Below are positions 26,041 through 37,500 of a stretch of 64,000 nt of DNA, one piece after another. Numbering within the stretch: the first letter of the stretch is position 1; every line of letters starts with the position of its first letter. Location of the stretch: the NCBI GenBank assembly GCA_963666175.2, contig CAXXTN010000003.1:33740-97739 (forward strand), given 5' to 3'. This DNA comes from Candidatus Poribacteria bacterium (GTDB lineage: Bacteria; Poribacteria; WGA-4E; WGA-3G). The notes beneath the pieces were generated by a model. The model saw nothing but the letters and a program-made list of their open reading frames with translations, was not told the origin of the DNA and ran no database searches. A program made the translations under genes and the position numbers.

Positions 26041-26307
26041 ACGTGAGTTCGAATATAAGAGATTGGTTCATCAGGTGAATTCAATTGAACAAAAGCAGTT
26101 CCAACGTAACCCAAACACCTTCTTTGCTCCAGCGGAGCGATATGTGAGATTATCACACATAGCACTCCGCTGGAGTGCAAGAACTTTGTGTTTTGATTTT
26201 CTATAGACATAGCACTCCACTGGAGTGCAAGAACATGCCTGTCATCAAATCTGTGATAAATGTGATATATTGTGTCGGTTTTTCTAACCTTTATATCGAA
26301 CTCATGT
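26041..26307 (+). mobile_element. MITE family 1, copy 3 (with a 50-bp internal deletion between two GCTCCAGCGGAGC direct repeats)
   Basis: Flanked by TA (26039-40 and 26308-09). The right TIR has one mismatch (ctcaTgt). Confidence 0.85.
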
Positions 26308-26346
26308 TAAATAAGAAACATACAACATACACATAAATGGAGACCT

Positions 26347-26928
26347 ATGGTGTCTGCAGCAATTCAAACCCAACTCTCCCCTGAGGAGTACCTCACTCGG
26401 GAACGAAAAGCAATTGCCAAGAGTGAATTTGTGCGCGGTAAGATCGTCGCAATGGCAGGAGCAAGTTACCAACATACTGTCATTACTATGAACATATCGG
26501 GAGAACTATACATACAACTGAAGGGGCGAGAATGTACAGTTCATACGAATGATATGCGTGTGAAAGCCACCTCTACAAGCTCCTATTTCTATCCTTATAT
26601 TGTTATCGTGTGCGACAAACCGCGCTTTGAAGATGATACCTTTGACACACTGCTCAATCCGATTGTCATTATTGAAGTACTTTCACCATCAACAGAAGAC
26701 TATGACCGAATAGATAAATTCTCACATTATCAGCAACTTGCATCGCTGCAAGAATACATCCTTGTTTCACAAGACGAAGTGCACGTTGAACACTATATGC
26801 GCCATGGAACGTTGTGGAAACCTACCGAATTCCGATCGCTTGAAAATATGTTATCTCTAACTTCTATAGAATGTAAGTTATCTCTGAGAGATATTTATAG
26901 ACGTATTGAATTTACTGAGACACAGTAA
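26347..26928 (+). CDS. Uma2-family (DUF820) PD-(D/E)xK endonuclease-like protein
   Basis: LSPEEYLTRERKAIAKSEFVRGKIVAMAG ... NDMRV ... LNPIVIIEVLSPST is the typical Uma2 pattern. Confidence 0.75.
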   Translation: MVSAAIQTQLSPEEYLTRERKAIAKSEFVRGKIVAMAGASYQHTVITMNISGELYIQLKGRECTVHTNDMRVKATSTSSYFYPYIVIVCDKPRFEDDTFDTLLNPIVIIEVLSPSTEDYDRIDKFSHYQQLASLQEYILVSQDEVHVEHYMRHGTLWKPTEFRSLENMLSLTSIECKLSLRDIYRRIEFTETQ

Positions 26929-26954
26929 TACGCGCTATTCATCCACTGTATATT

Positions 26955-27098
26955 AATGTGAGTTTGATAAAAACACGTTGTAGCGCGAACTTTTAGTTTG
27001 CGCCCATTCGACACAAACTGGAAAGTTTGTGCTACAAGGTGTGCCTCGGGATAAAATACCGTTTATAGAACGGACATCACTCATTATCAAACTCACGT
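26955..27098. mobile_element. MITE family 2 (TIR A[T/C]GTGAGTTTGATAA), 144 bp, with a long internal imperfect palindrome
   Basis: Flanked by TA (26953-54 and 27099-100). Solo or related TIRs occur at about 11484, 19982, 20302 and 20917. Confidence 0.8.
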
Positions 27099-27154
27099 TA
27101 TATTATATTTATTGATCTTGAAATCAGAAATTGTTTTTGTTAAAGGAGGCGTTC

Positions 27155-28216
27155 ATGCCGATTGTATCTCATGTTGTTTTGAGGGAGTTTGTATATGAAA
27201 TTTATCGTGGTGCAGGAGGCACCGAAGAAGATGCCCGTATCGTTAGCGACCATGTGGTAGATTCTAATCTGGCAGGTCATGATTCACACGGTGTCATCAA
27301 TGCACCGAACTACATCGGTGGGATGGCAGGTGGTCCATCAACAGATAAGATGGAGATTGTCAGAGAGAGTGGAGCAGCGACGGTTATCAATGTCAACGGT
27401 GCGCTTGGTATGGTAGCAGCGCGGAAAGCAATGGAGATGGCAGTAGAAAAAGCGAAGGCTTGTACTATCGGGGCAGTCGGTCTACATCGGTGTGGACATG
27501 CTGGACGTATGGGAGAATATCCACCGATTGCCGCGCGTGCTGGCATGATCGGTATCGTATTGCTAAATGGTGGTGGGAGGTTTATGCATCCGCATGGTGG
27601 AACATCCCGTAGACTGCCTCCGAATCCGATTGCGATATCTGTGCCTCGTGCAAATGGTGAACCGCTTCTACTTGATATGACGTTGAGTGTGGTTGCTGGT
27701 GGTAAGTTTCTTGTGAAAATTGCACGTGGTGAACCGATTCCAGAGGGTTGGATGATTGATGCCGAGGGCAATCCTTTGACGGATCCAGATGCATTTCGTG
27801 AACGCGGAGCGGATACTGCAGTTATGCCACTTGGTGGCTTTCAGTTCGGACACAAAGGTTTTGGTCTCGGGGTGATGATAGATGCTATAGCGGGTGGACT
27901 TTCTTGGGCAGGATGTAGTCGAGAGCAACCGACACGTGGTGCAAGTGGAATCGTGATGTTTGCGATAAAAATTGAAGACTTTATCGACTTAGTTGACTAT
28001 GAACAGGAGATTGAACATCTTGTGGAATGGGTAAAATCATCTGCAAAGATGCCCGGTGTTGATGAAATATATGTACCAGGTGAGTTTGAAGAACGTAGTC
28101 GTGAAAAACGTATAAAAGAAGGGATACCGATAGAAGAACCAACGTGGGATCGTCTTGTGGAAGCAGCTGAACGTTATGGTGTTGATGTTCCTAATCAGAT
28201 TAATAAAGATACCTGA
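27155..28216 (+). CDS. Ldh_2-family malate/L-lactate-type dehydrogenase
   Basis: AAGGAGG RBS precedes the ATG at 27155. SNLAGHDSHGV, full length about 353 aa. Confidence 0.8.
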   Translation: MPIVSHVVLREFVYEIYRGAGGTEEDARIVSDHVVDSNLAGHDSHGVINAPNYIGGMAGGPSTDKMEIVRESGAATVINVNGALGMVAARKAMEMAVEKAKACTIGAVGLHRCGHAGRMGEYPPIAARAGMIGIVLLNGGGRFMHPHGGTSRRLPPNPIAISVPRANGEPLLLDMTLSVVAGGKFLVKIARGEPIPEGWMIDAEGNPLTDPDAFRERGADTAVMPLGGFQFGHKGFGLGVMIDAIAGGLSWAGCSREQPTRGASGIVMFAIKIEDFIDLVDYEQEIEHLVEWVKSSAKMPGVDEIYVPGEFEERSREKRIKEGIPIEEPTWDRLVEAAERYGVDVPNQINKDT

Positions 28217-28339
28217 TGAGATTTATTTATTCTAATTGAAATGAAGAATATAAGTCGCGCAAATAAATTGCGCGGCTACAAACGGGCATAGGTTTAATGA
28301 TAACCTATAAATGGTATTACATATCTAAGGAGAAGACCG

Positions 28340-28993
28340 ATGAGAAATTTATGCGTTTTGTCCGTTCTGCTTATTGGTGTTTTAGGGTGTGCTGTCCTAA
28401 ACCAATCCACTATTGAGTTAGAGCCATCACGACTTTCTAGTCTAACTAATCCTGAACTTGTAGATGGAAATTTGGATACTGCCAGCACATTCAAAATTGA
28501 TGGGTATGTTGAGAAAGGTTACGAGGTACAAAGGGGTTTGACAACACGTGGGGATAATTCGGGTGAATTGAGATATGTTACAAGTATTAAGGGCGGTTTT
28601 AGAACAGAAGCTGTGATAAAATTAGATTCCCCGACTTACATAACGTATATTGAGATATATCCTGAATCTCGTATTCCAAGGTTAGCCTTGGTGACAACTT
28701 TGGACGATCCTCCAAAGTTTGCGACTTCCTTTGAAGTGGTACGTGATAAACAACATACCAACATAGACAGCAAGCAACCTGTCAAGATTCAGATTAATCG
28801 TGAAGTCCTTTACTTACGCCTGACTGCTGATGGCATTCAAGATAAAAAGAATTCTGTGCGAGTGAAAGATGAGACAAGTCCATTTGGTAACAAAAGCAAA
28901 AAAACAACACGGAATAAGGATACTCGTATTCAAATTCCATTAAAAGGTGCTTCAATCCGGGAGGTAAAATTTTATGCGCGTGAGAAATTGTGA
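28340..28993 (+). CDS. Lipoprotein with a discoidin/galactose-binding-like domain
   Basis: Lipobox VLGC. NPELVDGNLDTASTF and YIEIYP motifs resemble F5/8 type C domains. Tandem paralogue of the next gene. Confidence 0.6.
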   Translation: MRNLCVLSVLLIGVLGCAVLNQSTIELEPSRLSSLTNPELVDGNLDTASTFKIDGYVEKGYEVQRGLTTRGDNSGELRYVTSIKGGFRTEAVIKLDSPTYITYIEIYPESRIPRLALVTTLDDPPKFATSFEVVRDKQHTNIDSKQPVKIQINREVLYLRLTADGIQDKKNSVRVKDETSPFGNKSKKTTRNKDTRIQIPLKGASIREVKFYAREKL

Positions 28994-29615
28994 TTCCAGC
29001 ATAATCTGCAACATAATCGGGTTAATGTTATTACATTTGGTTATTCAGGGATGTGCTGTGCTTCAAAATACCCCTGTCGTTGAACTCACTCCTTCGCGTC
29101 TCACGTGTGACGCAAATCCCGAAATGGTAGATGGCGATTTACAAACGGTAGGAACCTTTAGGTCAAAGGGTTCTATTCGTAAGTTGTATCACAAGTCTGC
29201 GAAACCAGGTGCTGCTACCAATGTCGGAGATACTCAGACGACACATAGCGGTTCTTTAAAGACAGATACACTGATTAAACTGGATAAACCAACTTATGTT
29301 GCTTATATAGAAATACATGCGGGTTCTGATATACGCAAAATTGCTGTTGACTTGACAGCAGAAGAGAAATCACCGACTTGGAATAATTCGTTTGTTCCTG
29401 TAGCAGATAAACGCCACACGGACATAAAAAATCGGCAGGTTGTTAGGTTCTATATTAGACAAAAGGTGTTATATTTTCGGATAACTGCCGATGGAATTGA
29501 GGATCGTAAAAATAGAGAGAATATTACAAGTGACGATCCTAACTATTCTCATGAAATCGTTACACCTTTGAAAGGGTCTGAAATTCGTGAAGTCAAAATT
29601 TACGAACGGTTGTGA
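28974..29615 (+). CDS. Lipoprotein with a discoidin/galactose-binding-like domain (tandem paralogue)
   Basis: GGGAGG sits 9 nt before the ATG. Lipobox IQGC. NPEMVDGDLQTVGTF, YIEIHA, LYFRITADGIEDRKN, PLKGSEIREVKIY. The start overlaps the previous gene by 20 nt. Confidence 0.6.
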   Translation: MRVRNCDSSIICNIIGLMLLHLVIQGCAVLQNTPVVELTPSRLTCDANPEMVDGDLQTVGTFRSKGSIRKLYHKSAKPGAATNVGDTQTTHSGSLKTDTLIKLDKPTYVAYIEIHAGSDIRKIAVDLTAEEKSPTWNNSFVPVADKRHTDIKNRQVVRFYIRQKVLYFRITADGIEDRKNRENITSDDPNYSHEIVTPLKGSEIREVKIYERL

Positions 29616-29794
29616 GAAACCGCTTGAATTTTGTTTAACATTATTATATAATAACCTAAGTTACTACTTACTGAATATTAATCATCAAATAACTTTATTG
29701 AATGAAGAAACAAAGAATTTCTGCATATTTTGGTGCCACTTCGTATAAATCGGGGTTACAAACCCCTCCAACAAATGATAGGTGGCAACTTGCT

Positions 29795-30369
29795 TTATCA
29801 ATCTTCGGTGTCAAGACCCCGATGCTTTAGCACGGGGATGTAGACACCACTAAGGACTAAAACATGTGCGGGGTATCACTGACTGCCCAACGAAAGATTA
29901 GATGTAATACGACATCGTTAACTATGCAAGTTGGTGGAGAGCATCCATATCATGCCAGTCGAATGTGAACTGGAATACGTGAGCGGGTTGATATGCAGCA
30001 CATATCTGCGATATGCGTTACCAAAGTCGCTAAATAGCGAACTCTCAAAAGGAGCGAGTAAACATATTGTATAAAAGACCCCCAAGAGAAGTAAGTCATC
30101 TCTTGTTGTGTCGGGGTGTCTGGTAGGAAGGACAACAATGAACTGTTTCGGGTGAAGCAGTGCCACTTCACAAAAAAGAATCTTGCCATCTAAAGCAGGT
30201 GAAAATCTGTGACAGGTGAATGGGCGGGGCATCGTCCAGTGCAGTAGGTGATGGAAGATGGATAAAGGTAATATATTTTGCTGGCATTCGCATTCACTGT
30301 AGATCGCAGAATTTACCCAGTGCAGAGGGACAAAAGAATCCCCCTGCTTTAGTTGGGGGAGTATGTCAA
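29795..30369 (-). mobile_element. Third, divergent and inverted member of the 448-bp element family (575 bp)
   Basis: Both termini align with copies A and B. One end is ttatcaAtcttcggtgtcaagaccccgatgctttagcacggggatgtagacacc. The other end is aatccccctgctttagttgggggagtatgtcaa. The stem of the CTAAAG hairpin is changed with compensation (CCCCC/GGGGG vs CACCGAGC/GCTCTGGTG), and the interior is unrelated. Confidence 0.65.
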
Positions 30370-30469
30370 GATATGGAAATTAAACCAATGCCAGAGGAAA
30401 ATCGTTTAGTTCATTCTATAAAACCGTGTTAAGTTTAGCACATAACCTTCTTGGAGGATCAAAACCCGA

Positions 30470-31477
30470 TTGGAAAAACAAACATTGAAGGGTGTTCCTA
30501 TACAGAATAATGCTGAGGTACAAGCTCTCTTTGGTCAAAGTGATGCCTTCTTAAAAATGATTGAAGAAGATTTTGATGTACGCGTTGTTTTGAAAAGCGA
30601 TAGTATCGCTGTCCTTGGTGAAAACCAGAAAAAGGTCGAAAAAGTTGTGACAGTGTTGGAATCGTTACTTCACCGTATCCGAAAAGGTGAGCGCATCCAG
30701 GCAACCGATGTTAACTATGAGATTCGGGCATCGGAAGCAGATGTATCCAGCATTGATAATTATAGTCCAGCAGAATCCATACCTGTATTTTCAAAACGTG
30801 GTGTCATCCGTCCGAAAACAGCCGGACAAAAGCGGTATGTTGAAGCGATCAAACATAATGACCTTGTCTTTGGCATCGGTCCGGCAGGGACAGGCAAAAC
30901 ATATCTTGCTATGGCGATGGCTGTTTCTGCCCTTAAAAACGGACAGGTAAGTCGAATCATCTTGACTCGACCTGCAGTTGAAGCGGGTGAACGACTTGGA
31001 TTTTTACCTGGTGATATTGCTGCGAAGGTGCATCCATATTTGCGACCATTATACGATGCGTTGTATGATATGATGCCACCTGATGCACTTGATAAATATA
31101 TTGAACGGAATATCATTGAAGTAGCACCGATTGCATTCATGCGCGGAAGAACACTCAATAATTCTTTTGTTGTTCTTGATGAAGCACAAAATGCTACTAT
31201 TGAACAGATGAAGATGTTCCTGACACGACTCGGGTTTGATTCAAAAGCCGTTATAACGGGTGACATAACGCAAACAGATTTGCCTACGCATAAAGTTTCT
31301 GGACTCGAAGATGCACAAAAGGTGCTTGACGGTATCAAAGGGATTGAATTCGTATACTTCTCCAAAGTTGATGTAGTTCGGCATGAGTTGGTACAACGCA
31401 TCATTGAGGCTTATGAACAGTCAACACATCCACATCCTAAACAGATATTAGAAGAAGCAAAAGAGATCGAGGAATAA
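30470..31477 (+). CDS. phoH: PhoH-like ATPase (YbeZ)
   Basis: Walker A GIGPAGTGKTYLAM, VVLDEAQN, ITGDITQTDLP. TTG start. Confidence 0.85.
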   Translation: MEKQTLKGVPIQNNAEVQALFGQSDAFLKMIEEDFDVRVVLKSDSIAVLGENQKKVEKVVTVLESLLHRIRKGERIQATDVNYEIRASEADVSSIDNYSPAESIPVFSKRGVIRPKTAGQKRYVEAIKHNDLVFGIGPAGTGKTYLAMAMAVSALKNGQVSRIILTRPAVEAGERLGFLPGDIAAKVHPYLRPLYDALYDMMPPDALDKYIERNIIEVAPIAFMRGRTLNNSFVVLDEAQNATIEQMKMFLTRLGFDSKAVITGDITQTDLPTHKVSGLEDAQKVLDGIKGIEFVYFSKVDVVRHELVQRIIEAYEQSTHPHPKQILEEAKEIEE

Positions 31478-31482
31478 AGGTT

Positions 31483-31950
31483 TTGACCGATATTACTAAT
31501 ATCAGTAGCAATACAACTTTTGATGTAGAAAAAGTTGAACGGGCAGTGTCAGAAACGCTCATAGCACATAATTCAGAAGATGCTGAGGTAAGCGTTTTAT
31601 TGACAGACGATCCCCACATGACCCAACTCAATCGTAAATATAGAGAGATAGATGGTTCAACAGATGTATTGGCATTTGCGATGCAAGAAGGTGAGGATAA
31701 CAACCACCTGAATGCTAATATTCTTGGAGATGTAGTAATCTCGTTGGAAACTGCAGAACGCCAAGCGAAAGATGAAACCCATTCACTTGAAGAAGAGGTA
31801 GCATACCTCGCAGTTCATGGTGTACTTCATTTGCTTGGATATGACCATCAAAGCCAAAATGAAGCCTGTGTAATGTTTGAAAAACAGGACATTATTTTGC
31901 AGCGTCTTCATTTGAAGTCGTCTACGAAATCAGACAATAAAATCACATAG
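31483..31950 (+). CDS. ybeY: rRNA maturation endoribonuclease YbeY
   Basis: Zinc motif HGVLHLLGYDH; conserved position after phoH. Confidence 0.85.
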   Translation: MTDITNISSNTTFDVEKVERAVSETLIAHNSEDAEVSVLLTDDPHMTQLNRKYREIDGSTDVLAFAMQEGEDNNHLNANILGDVVISLETAERQAKDETHSLEEEVAYLAVHGVLHLLGYDHQSQNEACVMFEKQDIILQRLHLKSSTKSDNKIT

Positions 31951-31989
31951 AGATAGTATTGGAAACACAACGGAGGTGTTATTTTAGGC

Positions 31990-33264
31990 TTGGATGACCT
32001 ACATATAGTTACAAGATTAGTTCTTTTAGGTATTCTGTTAATTTTAAATGCGTTGTTTTCAGCTGCAGAAGCATTGCTTGCCCGTTTAACGAGGTCAGAT
32101 ATTCTTGATTTTGCAGAGGAAGGTGGCAAACGTTATGAGGTACTCACCTCGCTTTTACGCCATCCGAGACGTTATTCGTTGACCATTATCACGGTCAAGA
32201 TTCTACTGATAGTTGGAAGTGTTGTCTTGTTTACGACATTTTGGAACAACCGCATACTGAGTGGTGGTCTTGCTGCGTTGTGCCTTGTCGTTTTCACAGA
32301 ATTGTTTCCTAAGAACTATGTTCAAAATAGCTCCAGCGGAACGACTATTCATGCGTTACGGGCTTTGCGGGTGGTCTATTGGTGTGGTTTTCTTATATTA
32401 ACCCCGTTAAATTTTCTCGTAAATCTCATCGTGCGTATCTTTGGTGGTAAGATGACATCAGCACAAGATAGTCTTGTTTCTCCAGAGGTATTAGAAACAC
32501 TTGATAATGTTGCCGACATCCGAGATATTTTAGAGCCAGATGACCGTGAAATGATTTCTCGGATTTTAGACTTGCCAGATAAAGTTGCGAGGGAAATTTT
32601 GGTTGCGCGAACTGATGTGGTATGGCTTGAAGTTGGAACGTCTGCTGATGAAGTTCTACAAACGACGATAGCATGTAGACACACGCGGATCCCTATATAT
32701 GAAGAGACGATAGATAATATCATCGGAATTTTACACGTGAAAGACATGTTGGATTGTTGGGCAGAAAACAAACCGATCAACCTTCGTGAACTGATAGTTG
32801 GACGTCCCGCCTTTTTCACGCCAGAAAGTAAGAAGATATCTGACCTATTCCGAGAACTTAGAGAACATAAACAACACATTTCCATTGTGGTAGATGAATA
32901 CGGTGGCACAGCGGGGATTATAACACTTGAAAACATAATTGAAGAAATCGTCGGTGAAATTCATGACGAAGATGAAGCAGATGAGCAGGATGCCTTCATT
33001 CAGATAGATGTGAACACCTATTCCGTTGATGCCAGATTAAACCTCGCAGAATTAAATGAAAAACTTGAGACAGAACTTGATGCGGAGAATATAGATACAA
33101 TCGGTGGATTTGTTGTTGACCACATGGGACGCGTTCCTGAAGTAGGTGCAATCTTCACATACCGTGGCATTGAATTTACGATATTAGAAGCAGACGACCG
33201 TAGGATCCAACGTATTCAAATTCAGATGCCAAAAAACGCAGCTGAGGATGTTAATTCAGAGTAA
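31990..33264 (+). CDS. CNNM/DUF21-CBS-CorC_HlyC family protein (hemolysin-like / Mg-Co efflux-type)
   Basis: N-terminal 4-TM DUF21, CBS pair (VARTDVVWL...IPIYEETIDNIIGILHVKD), C-terminal CorC_HlyC. TTG start. Confidence 0.8.
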   Translation: MDDLHIVTRLVLLGILLILNALFSAAEALLARLTRSDILDFAEEGGKRYEVLTSLLRHPRRYSLTIITVKILLIVGSVVLFTTFWNNRILSGGLAALCLVVFTELFPKNYVQNSSSGTTIHALRALRVVYWCGFLILTPLNFLVNLIVRIFGGKMTSAQDSLVSPEVLETLDNVADIRDILEPDDREMISRILDLPDKVAREILVARTDVVWLEVGTSADEVLQTTIACRHTRIPIYEETIDNIIGILHVKDMLDCWAENKPINLRELIVGRPAFFTPESKKISDLFRELREHKQHISIVVDEYGGTAGIITLENIIEEIVGEIHDEDEADEQDAFIQIDVNTYSVDARLNLAELNEKLETELDAENIDTIGGFVVDHMGRVPEVGAIFTYRGIEFTILEADDRRIQRIQIQMPKNAAEDVNSE

Positions 33265-33573
33265 GTTCAGGGTAATTTTGTTCTATAAATTACCAGTTGA
33301 TGAGTCTTACTATGAGTTAGGTCTGGGTTTTAGTGATGCATAGTAGTAGGCACACTCAGGGGAATGCCTGAGAAGCATGCGCGTGTGGCATGCTCCATGA
33401 TTCATACCGTTGATTTGGTGTGCCGTAACCCGTTCGCGTTTGGACGGCACGCGGAGCGTGACTACTACCATGTCGTATTCACAAACAAAACCGTATCTCA
33501 CATCAATTGACGTTTGTAATGAAGGACATCAGAAAATCCGAAAACTAAATAACCTTAGAGTGAGTTAAAAGAT

Positions 33574-33603
33574 TTGACAAAGACGATTAGGGTGGGGTAT
33601 AAT
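33574..33603 (+). promoter_or_regulatory. Consensus sigma-70 promoter TTGACA-N18-TATAAT for tRNA-Pro
   Basis: TTGACA at 33574-33579 and TATAAT at 33598-33603. The tRNA begins at 33614. Confidence 0.7.
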
Positions 33604-33613
33604 TAGAGTGAAA

Positions 33614-33688
<75 letters not shown>

Positions 33689-33726
33689 TTTATCCCGCCT
33701 TATATCACACAGATACACATAAAACT

Positions 33727-34512
33727 ATGCCTGCTCAAAAAACACAAGCGATCGTAATTCGCGCCTTTACTTTACAAGAAACGAATAAGATCATCACTTT
33801 CTATACACCCGATTTTGGGAAAGTTAAAGTTGTGGCATACGGTGTAAAGAGCCCAAAAAGCAAGCTGAGTGGTAGTTTAGAACTACTCAACCACGGCATG
33901 CTTCTTTTTAACTATCGCGAAAACAAGGACTTACAGAGTCTTACAGGATTTGATCTGATTGAAGGTTTTGATGGTATTCGCGCAGATTTTACACGGATAA
34001 CTTATGGTTGCTATTTAGCGGAATTAGTTGATGCTATTGCATCAGAAGGTGATGCTAATCCCGAAGTTTTCGAACTCTTACGAAATACCTACTCTTTCTT
34101 AACAGATACCAAAGATGTGCCGTTACTGGTTCGTGTCTTTGAAATAAAGTTCCTTGATCTTGCCGGTTACGCACCCCAACTTTCTCAGTGTGCGAATTGT
34201 GGTTCAATCGTGACACCATCCCCTCTTCAAAATTCACAAAACCCCATGTTAGTTATGCTTTTCAGCGTTCGCCTCGGTGGACTGCTCTGTGGTATGTGTC
34301 AACACAGAGATACCTCAGCATTTTCAATTGCACCTGGAAGTTGCGAATTGCTAAAGAACTTACGGAAATCAGAGTTCAGTAAATTGAATAGAATTCGCGC
34401 ATCTGAACGTAATCATCGTGAACTGAAACTCATACTTGGTAGTTTTATCCAATACCATACGGAACGTAGTCTAAAAAGTCTGAAATTCATTGAAAGTGTA
34501 TTAGAAGCGTAA
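33727..34512 (+). CDS. recO: DNA repair protein RecO
   Basis: KTQAIVIRAFTLQETNKIITFYTPDFGKVKVVAYG OB-fold N-terminus, and a C-x2-C ... C-x2-C zinc module (CANCGS...CGMCQ). Confidence 0.85.
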   Translation: MPAQKTQAIVIRAFTLQETNKIITFYTPDFGKVKVVAYGVKSPKSKLSGSLELLNHGMLLFNYRENKDLQSLTGFDLIEGFDGIRADFTRITYGCYLAELVDAIASEGDANPEVFELLRNTYSFLTDTKDVPLLVRVFEIKFLDLAGYAPQLSQCANCGSIVTPSPLQNSQNPMLVMLFSVRLGGLLCGMCQHRDTSAFSIAPGSCELLKNLRKSEFSKLNRIRASERNHRELKLILGSFIQYHTERSLKSLKFIESVLEA

Positions 34513-34573
34513 AGTCTGATTAACAACTTCGGCACACTTGAGTCGTGTGCTATAGAAGAAAAGGAGTCGTCCA

Positions 34574-37500
34574 TTGAAAGTAGATAATATCTTTAGAACA
34601 GCTCTTTTCATTTTGAGTATTTCCACATCATTTGTTATTTTTGGTGCTCAAGAGATTGATGCTGCCACGATCGGTAAAATCTCCGGTATTGTCACGACTG
34701 AATCATCAAAACAACCCTTAGCGAATGTCAAGGTTGCGATTGTCGGCACAAGCACCTCTACGACAACAAACGAATCTGGCTACTATGTCATGACAAACAT
34801 TGATCCTGGTGGATATGACGTTCGTGCTGAATTATCGGGATACCTATCCAAGACCGTTGCATCAACAACAGTATTTGCGGGGCTCACCACCACTATAAAC
34901 TTTGCCTTGGAAGCTACAGAGGTAATGGAACTTGAAGGTATAACGGTGACAGCGACCAAACCGTTGATAAAAAAGGATGTCACACAGACCACACGTATTA
35001 TTGAAGCGGATGAAATTGCATCTATGCCGCGCGATACCGTGAACGGCATTCTCCAAACACAAGCGGGTGTTGCTGTGCTTAATTCATCTGGATCGCTACA
35101 TATACGCGGTGGTAGGTCAATGGAGATTAAATACCTGATTGATGGTATTCCAGTGAATGATCCGATATTTAGAGGTATGGGATTGCAGATTAGCACAAAC
35201 GCGCTTGAACAGATGGAGGTTATCACTGGTGGTTTCAATGCGGAACACGGTGATGCCCAATCTGGTGTGATTAATTTGATTACGAAAGCTGGAACAAATA
35301 AATTCTCTGGTAGGATTAGATATCGAGTAGGACAATGGGGACAGCACCATGGTGATCCCTATTACGGATCTTGGTTAGACCCAGACAACGGTTTCCGACC
35401 AGTAGCCCTTGAACCTTTCAGAGGTATATTTATCGGTAAGCCTTACGAATATCAAACACCCTATCGCGGGAACCCTGTTACAGTTGGTGAATTGGCTGAA
35501 CGAGAAGGTGATGATCAGATCATCTTCAAAGAAATATCTCCAGGTTCTAACGTATATGCGGATAGGACCGAAAACCCATTACAACCCGTGGATGATCCAG
35601 AAACGGGTGAAGACAAGGTGAATGAAGAAACGGGTGAAGTCATTATGGAACGTCAACCATTCATGGACGCTGATGGCACAGTGATTGACTATGAGAAAAA
35701 ACAGGTTACGCTGATAGATGGTTACATTGTGGATTTGGAGCAATATAGCGGATTATTCAACAACACCAAAAAATATGGGTTATCCCCAAGTCACATCGGA
35801 GAGTTCGCGCTGAGTGGACCGATATTGGGTAATCGTTTGACATTCTCCTTTGCCAGTCAGTTGCGTAGAGATGAAAGTTATCTGCCTAATAGTAATAGCG
35901 GTGGACACACACTACAAGGTAAACTCAAGTTTGAAGTGACACCGCAAATTAGACTGACTGCAAGTGGACTATATGACATACGTGAATTTAACAACTCTGG
36001 TGGAAGTCTCCGTTTCATACCTAATGCAATTGAAGTGGATAATAGAGATGGTCGGAGCCTTTCCGTTCAACTCTCACACAATATCAACTCAGGGACATTT
36101 TATACCTTAACGTTTGGACAATTCCACCGTTCTTACGATAGTCATCAACCTGATAAACTGTGGGATCCGTTGAACAAAACATTCGAAGATAACGCGTACG
36201 ATCCTGAAAAATCTTTTGAGCAGAATCAAGAAGAAGGTCGAATTAGAAACCCCGCACAACAAGCGTATAATGACACAACTTATGATGTTGCTGGAGATAA
36301 CAACTTCTGGGTTACCCGCAATTCCACGACATCCATTCTCAAAGGAGTTTTTGCAAGTCAAGTTAATGAAAACCATCAAATCCAGACAGGTATTGAATTC
36401 TCAGCGAACCATCTCTACAATCTCGGCACAACGAATTATGGTAGTTCAAACCTGTATATGGAGTATTACGATGTAACACCTACATCTGTCAGTCTTTATG
36501 CTCAAGATAAGATGGAATATGAGGGTATGATTGTCAATGCTGGATTGCGGTATGACATATATAATCCAGACGGTATCTCACCCGAAGATCCGAAAGATCC
36601 ACTCGTCCTAAACGAAGAGGATGGCACAATAAAATTGGACGAAAGTACCTATTCGGTTGGACTGCCAATTATCAATAATCCAGTTGAGGCATCAACGAAA
36701 CACATGGTCGCACCACGGCTTGGTATTTCGTTCCCGATTACAGAAAGGGCAAAGTTGCACTTCACCTACGGACATTACTATCAAATCCCACGCGGTGATG
36801 ACCTTTATGAAAATCTTAGTTTTGATATGCGAGGGGCAATCCGTAGAAGAGGTAACCCTGATTTGGAACCTGAAAGGACTATCGCTTATGAAGTTGGCAT
36901 TGCACAGCAATTCATGGATGATTTGACAGTCGACATCACAGGATTTACCAAAGACATTCAAAACCTTGTCAACAGTATCCATGTAGATATATCCAACGAT
37001 TATAGTTATTTCTTCAATGATATTTACGGACGCGTGCAAGGATTTGAACTCACAATTCGTAAATGGCGGACAGGAGGAAGCCCGGTTTCTGGTATGCTGA
37101 GTTATACTTATTCCGTTGCCAAAGGTAAAGGTTCCAGTCGAAATCTGGGGTACTTACTTTATTACCGTCAGCAACCTGAAGTGACCGAAAGTCATCCGTT
37201 GTCTTGGGATCAACGTCACATTGTTTCCGCAGCGTTAGACATACAGTTGCCTTTTACTTCTGCTGTTAACTTTGTCGGTAGATATGCCAGCGGTTTACCC
37301 TACACACCAAATCCAAGAGCACCAGTTAAACCGGCGATTAACTCAAAACGGTATCCTGCGACTTACAATGTTGATGCGCTGGTTAGCAAACGGAGTCGGC
37401 TTGGTGGGGTAACGTATACCTTCTTTGCGGATATTCGGAATATCTTCAACACGAAAAACTTATATAACATACTTGATGCAGTTACGTATGATCGTTATGG

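Noticed and set aside
29918-30432. ORFs 29918..30232, 29950..30189 and 30220..30432, and a possible known structured RNA upstream of phoH (RNase P, tmRNA, SRP, cobalamin riboswitch)
   Set aside because: The ORFs are not protein-like and lie within the third copy of the 448-bp element family. I looked for GAGGAAAGTCC (RNase P), a tmRNA tRNA-like 3' end, the SRP GGAA-tetraloop helix and a B12 box. Only a chance GGTGAAAATC word is present.
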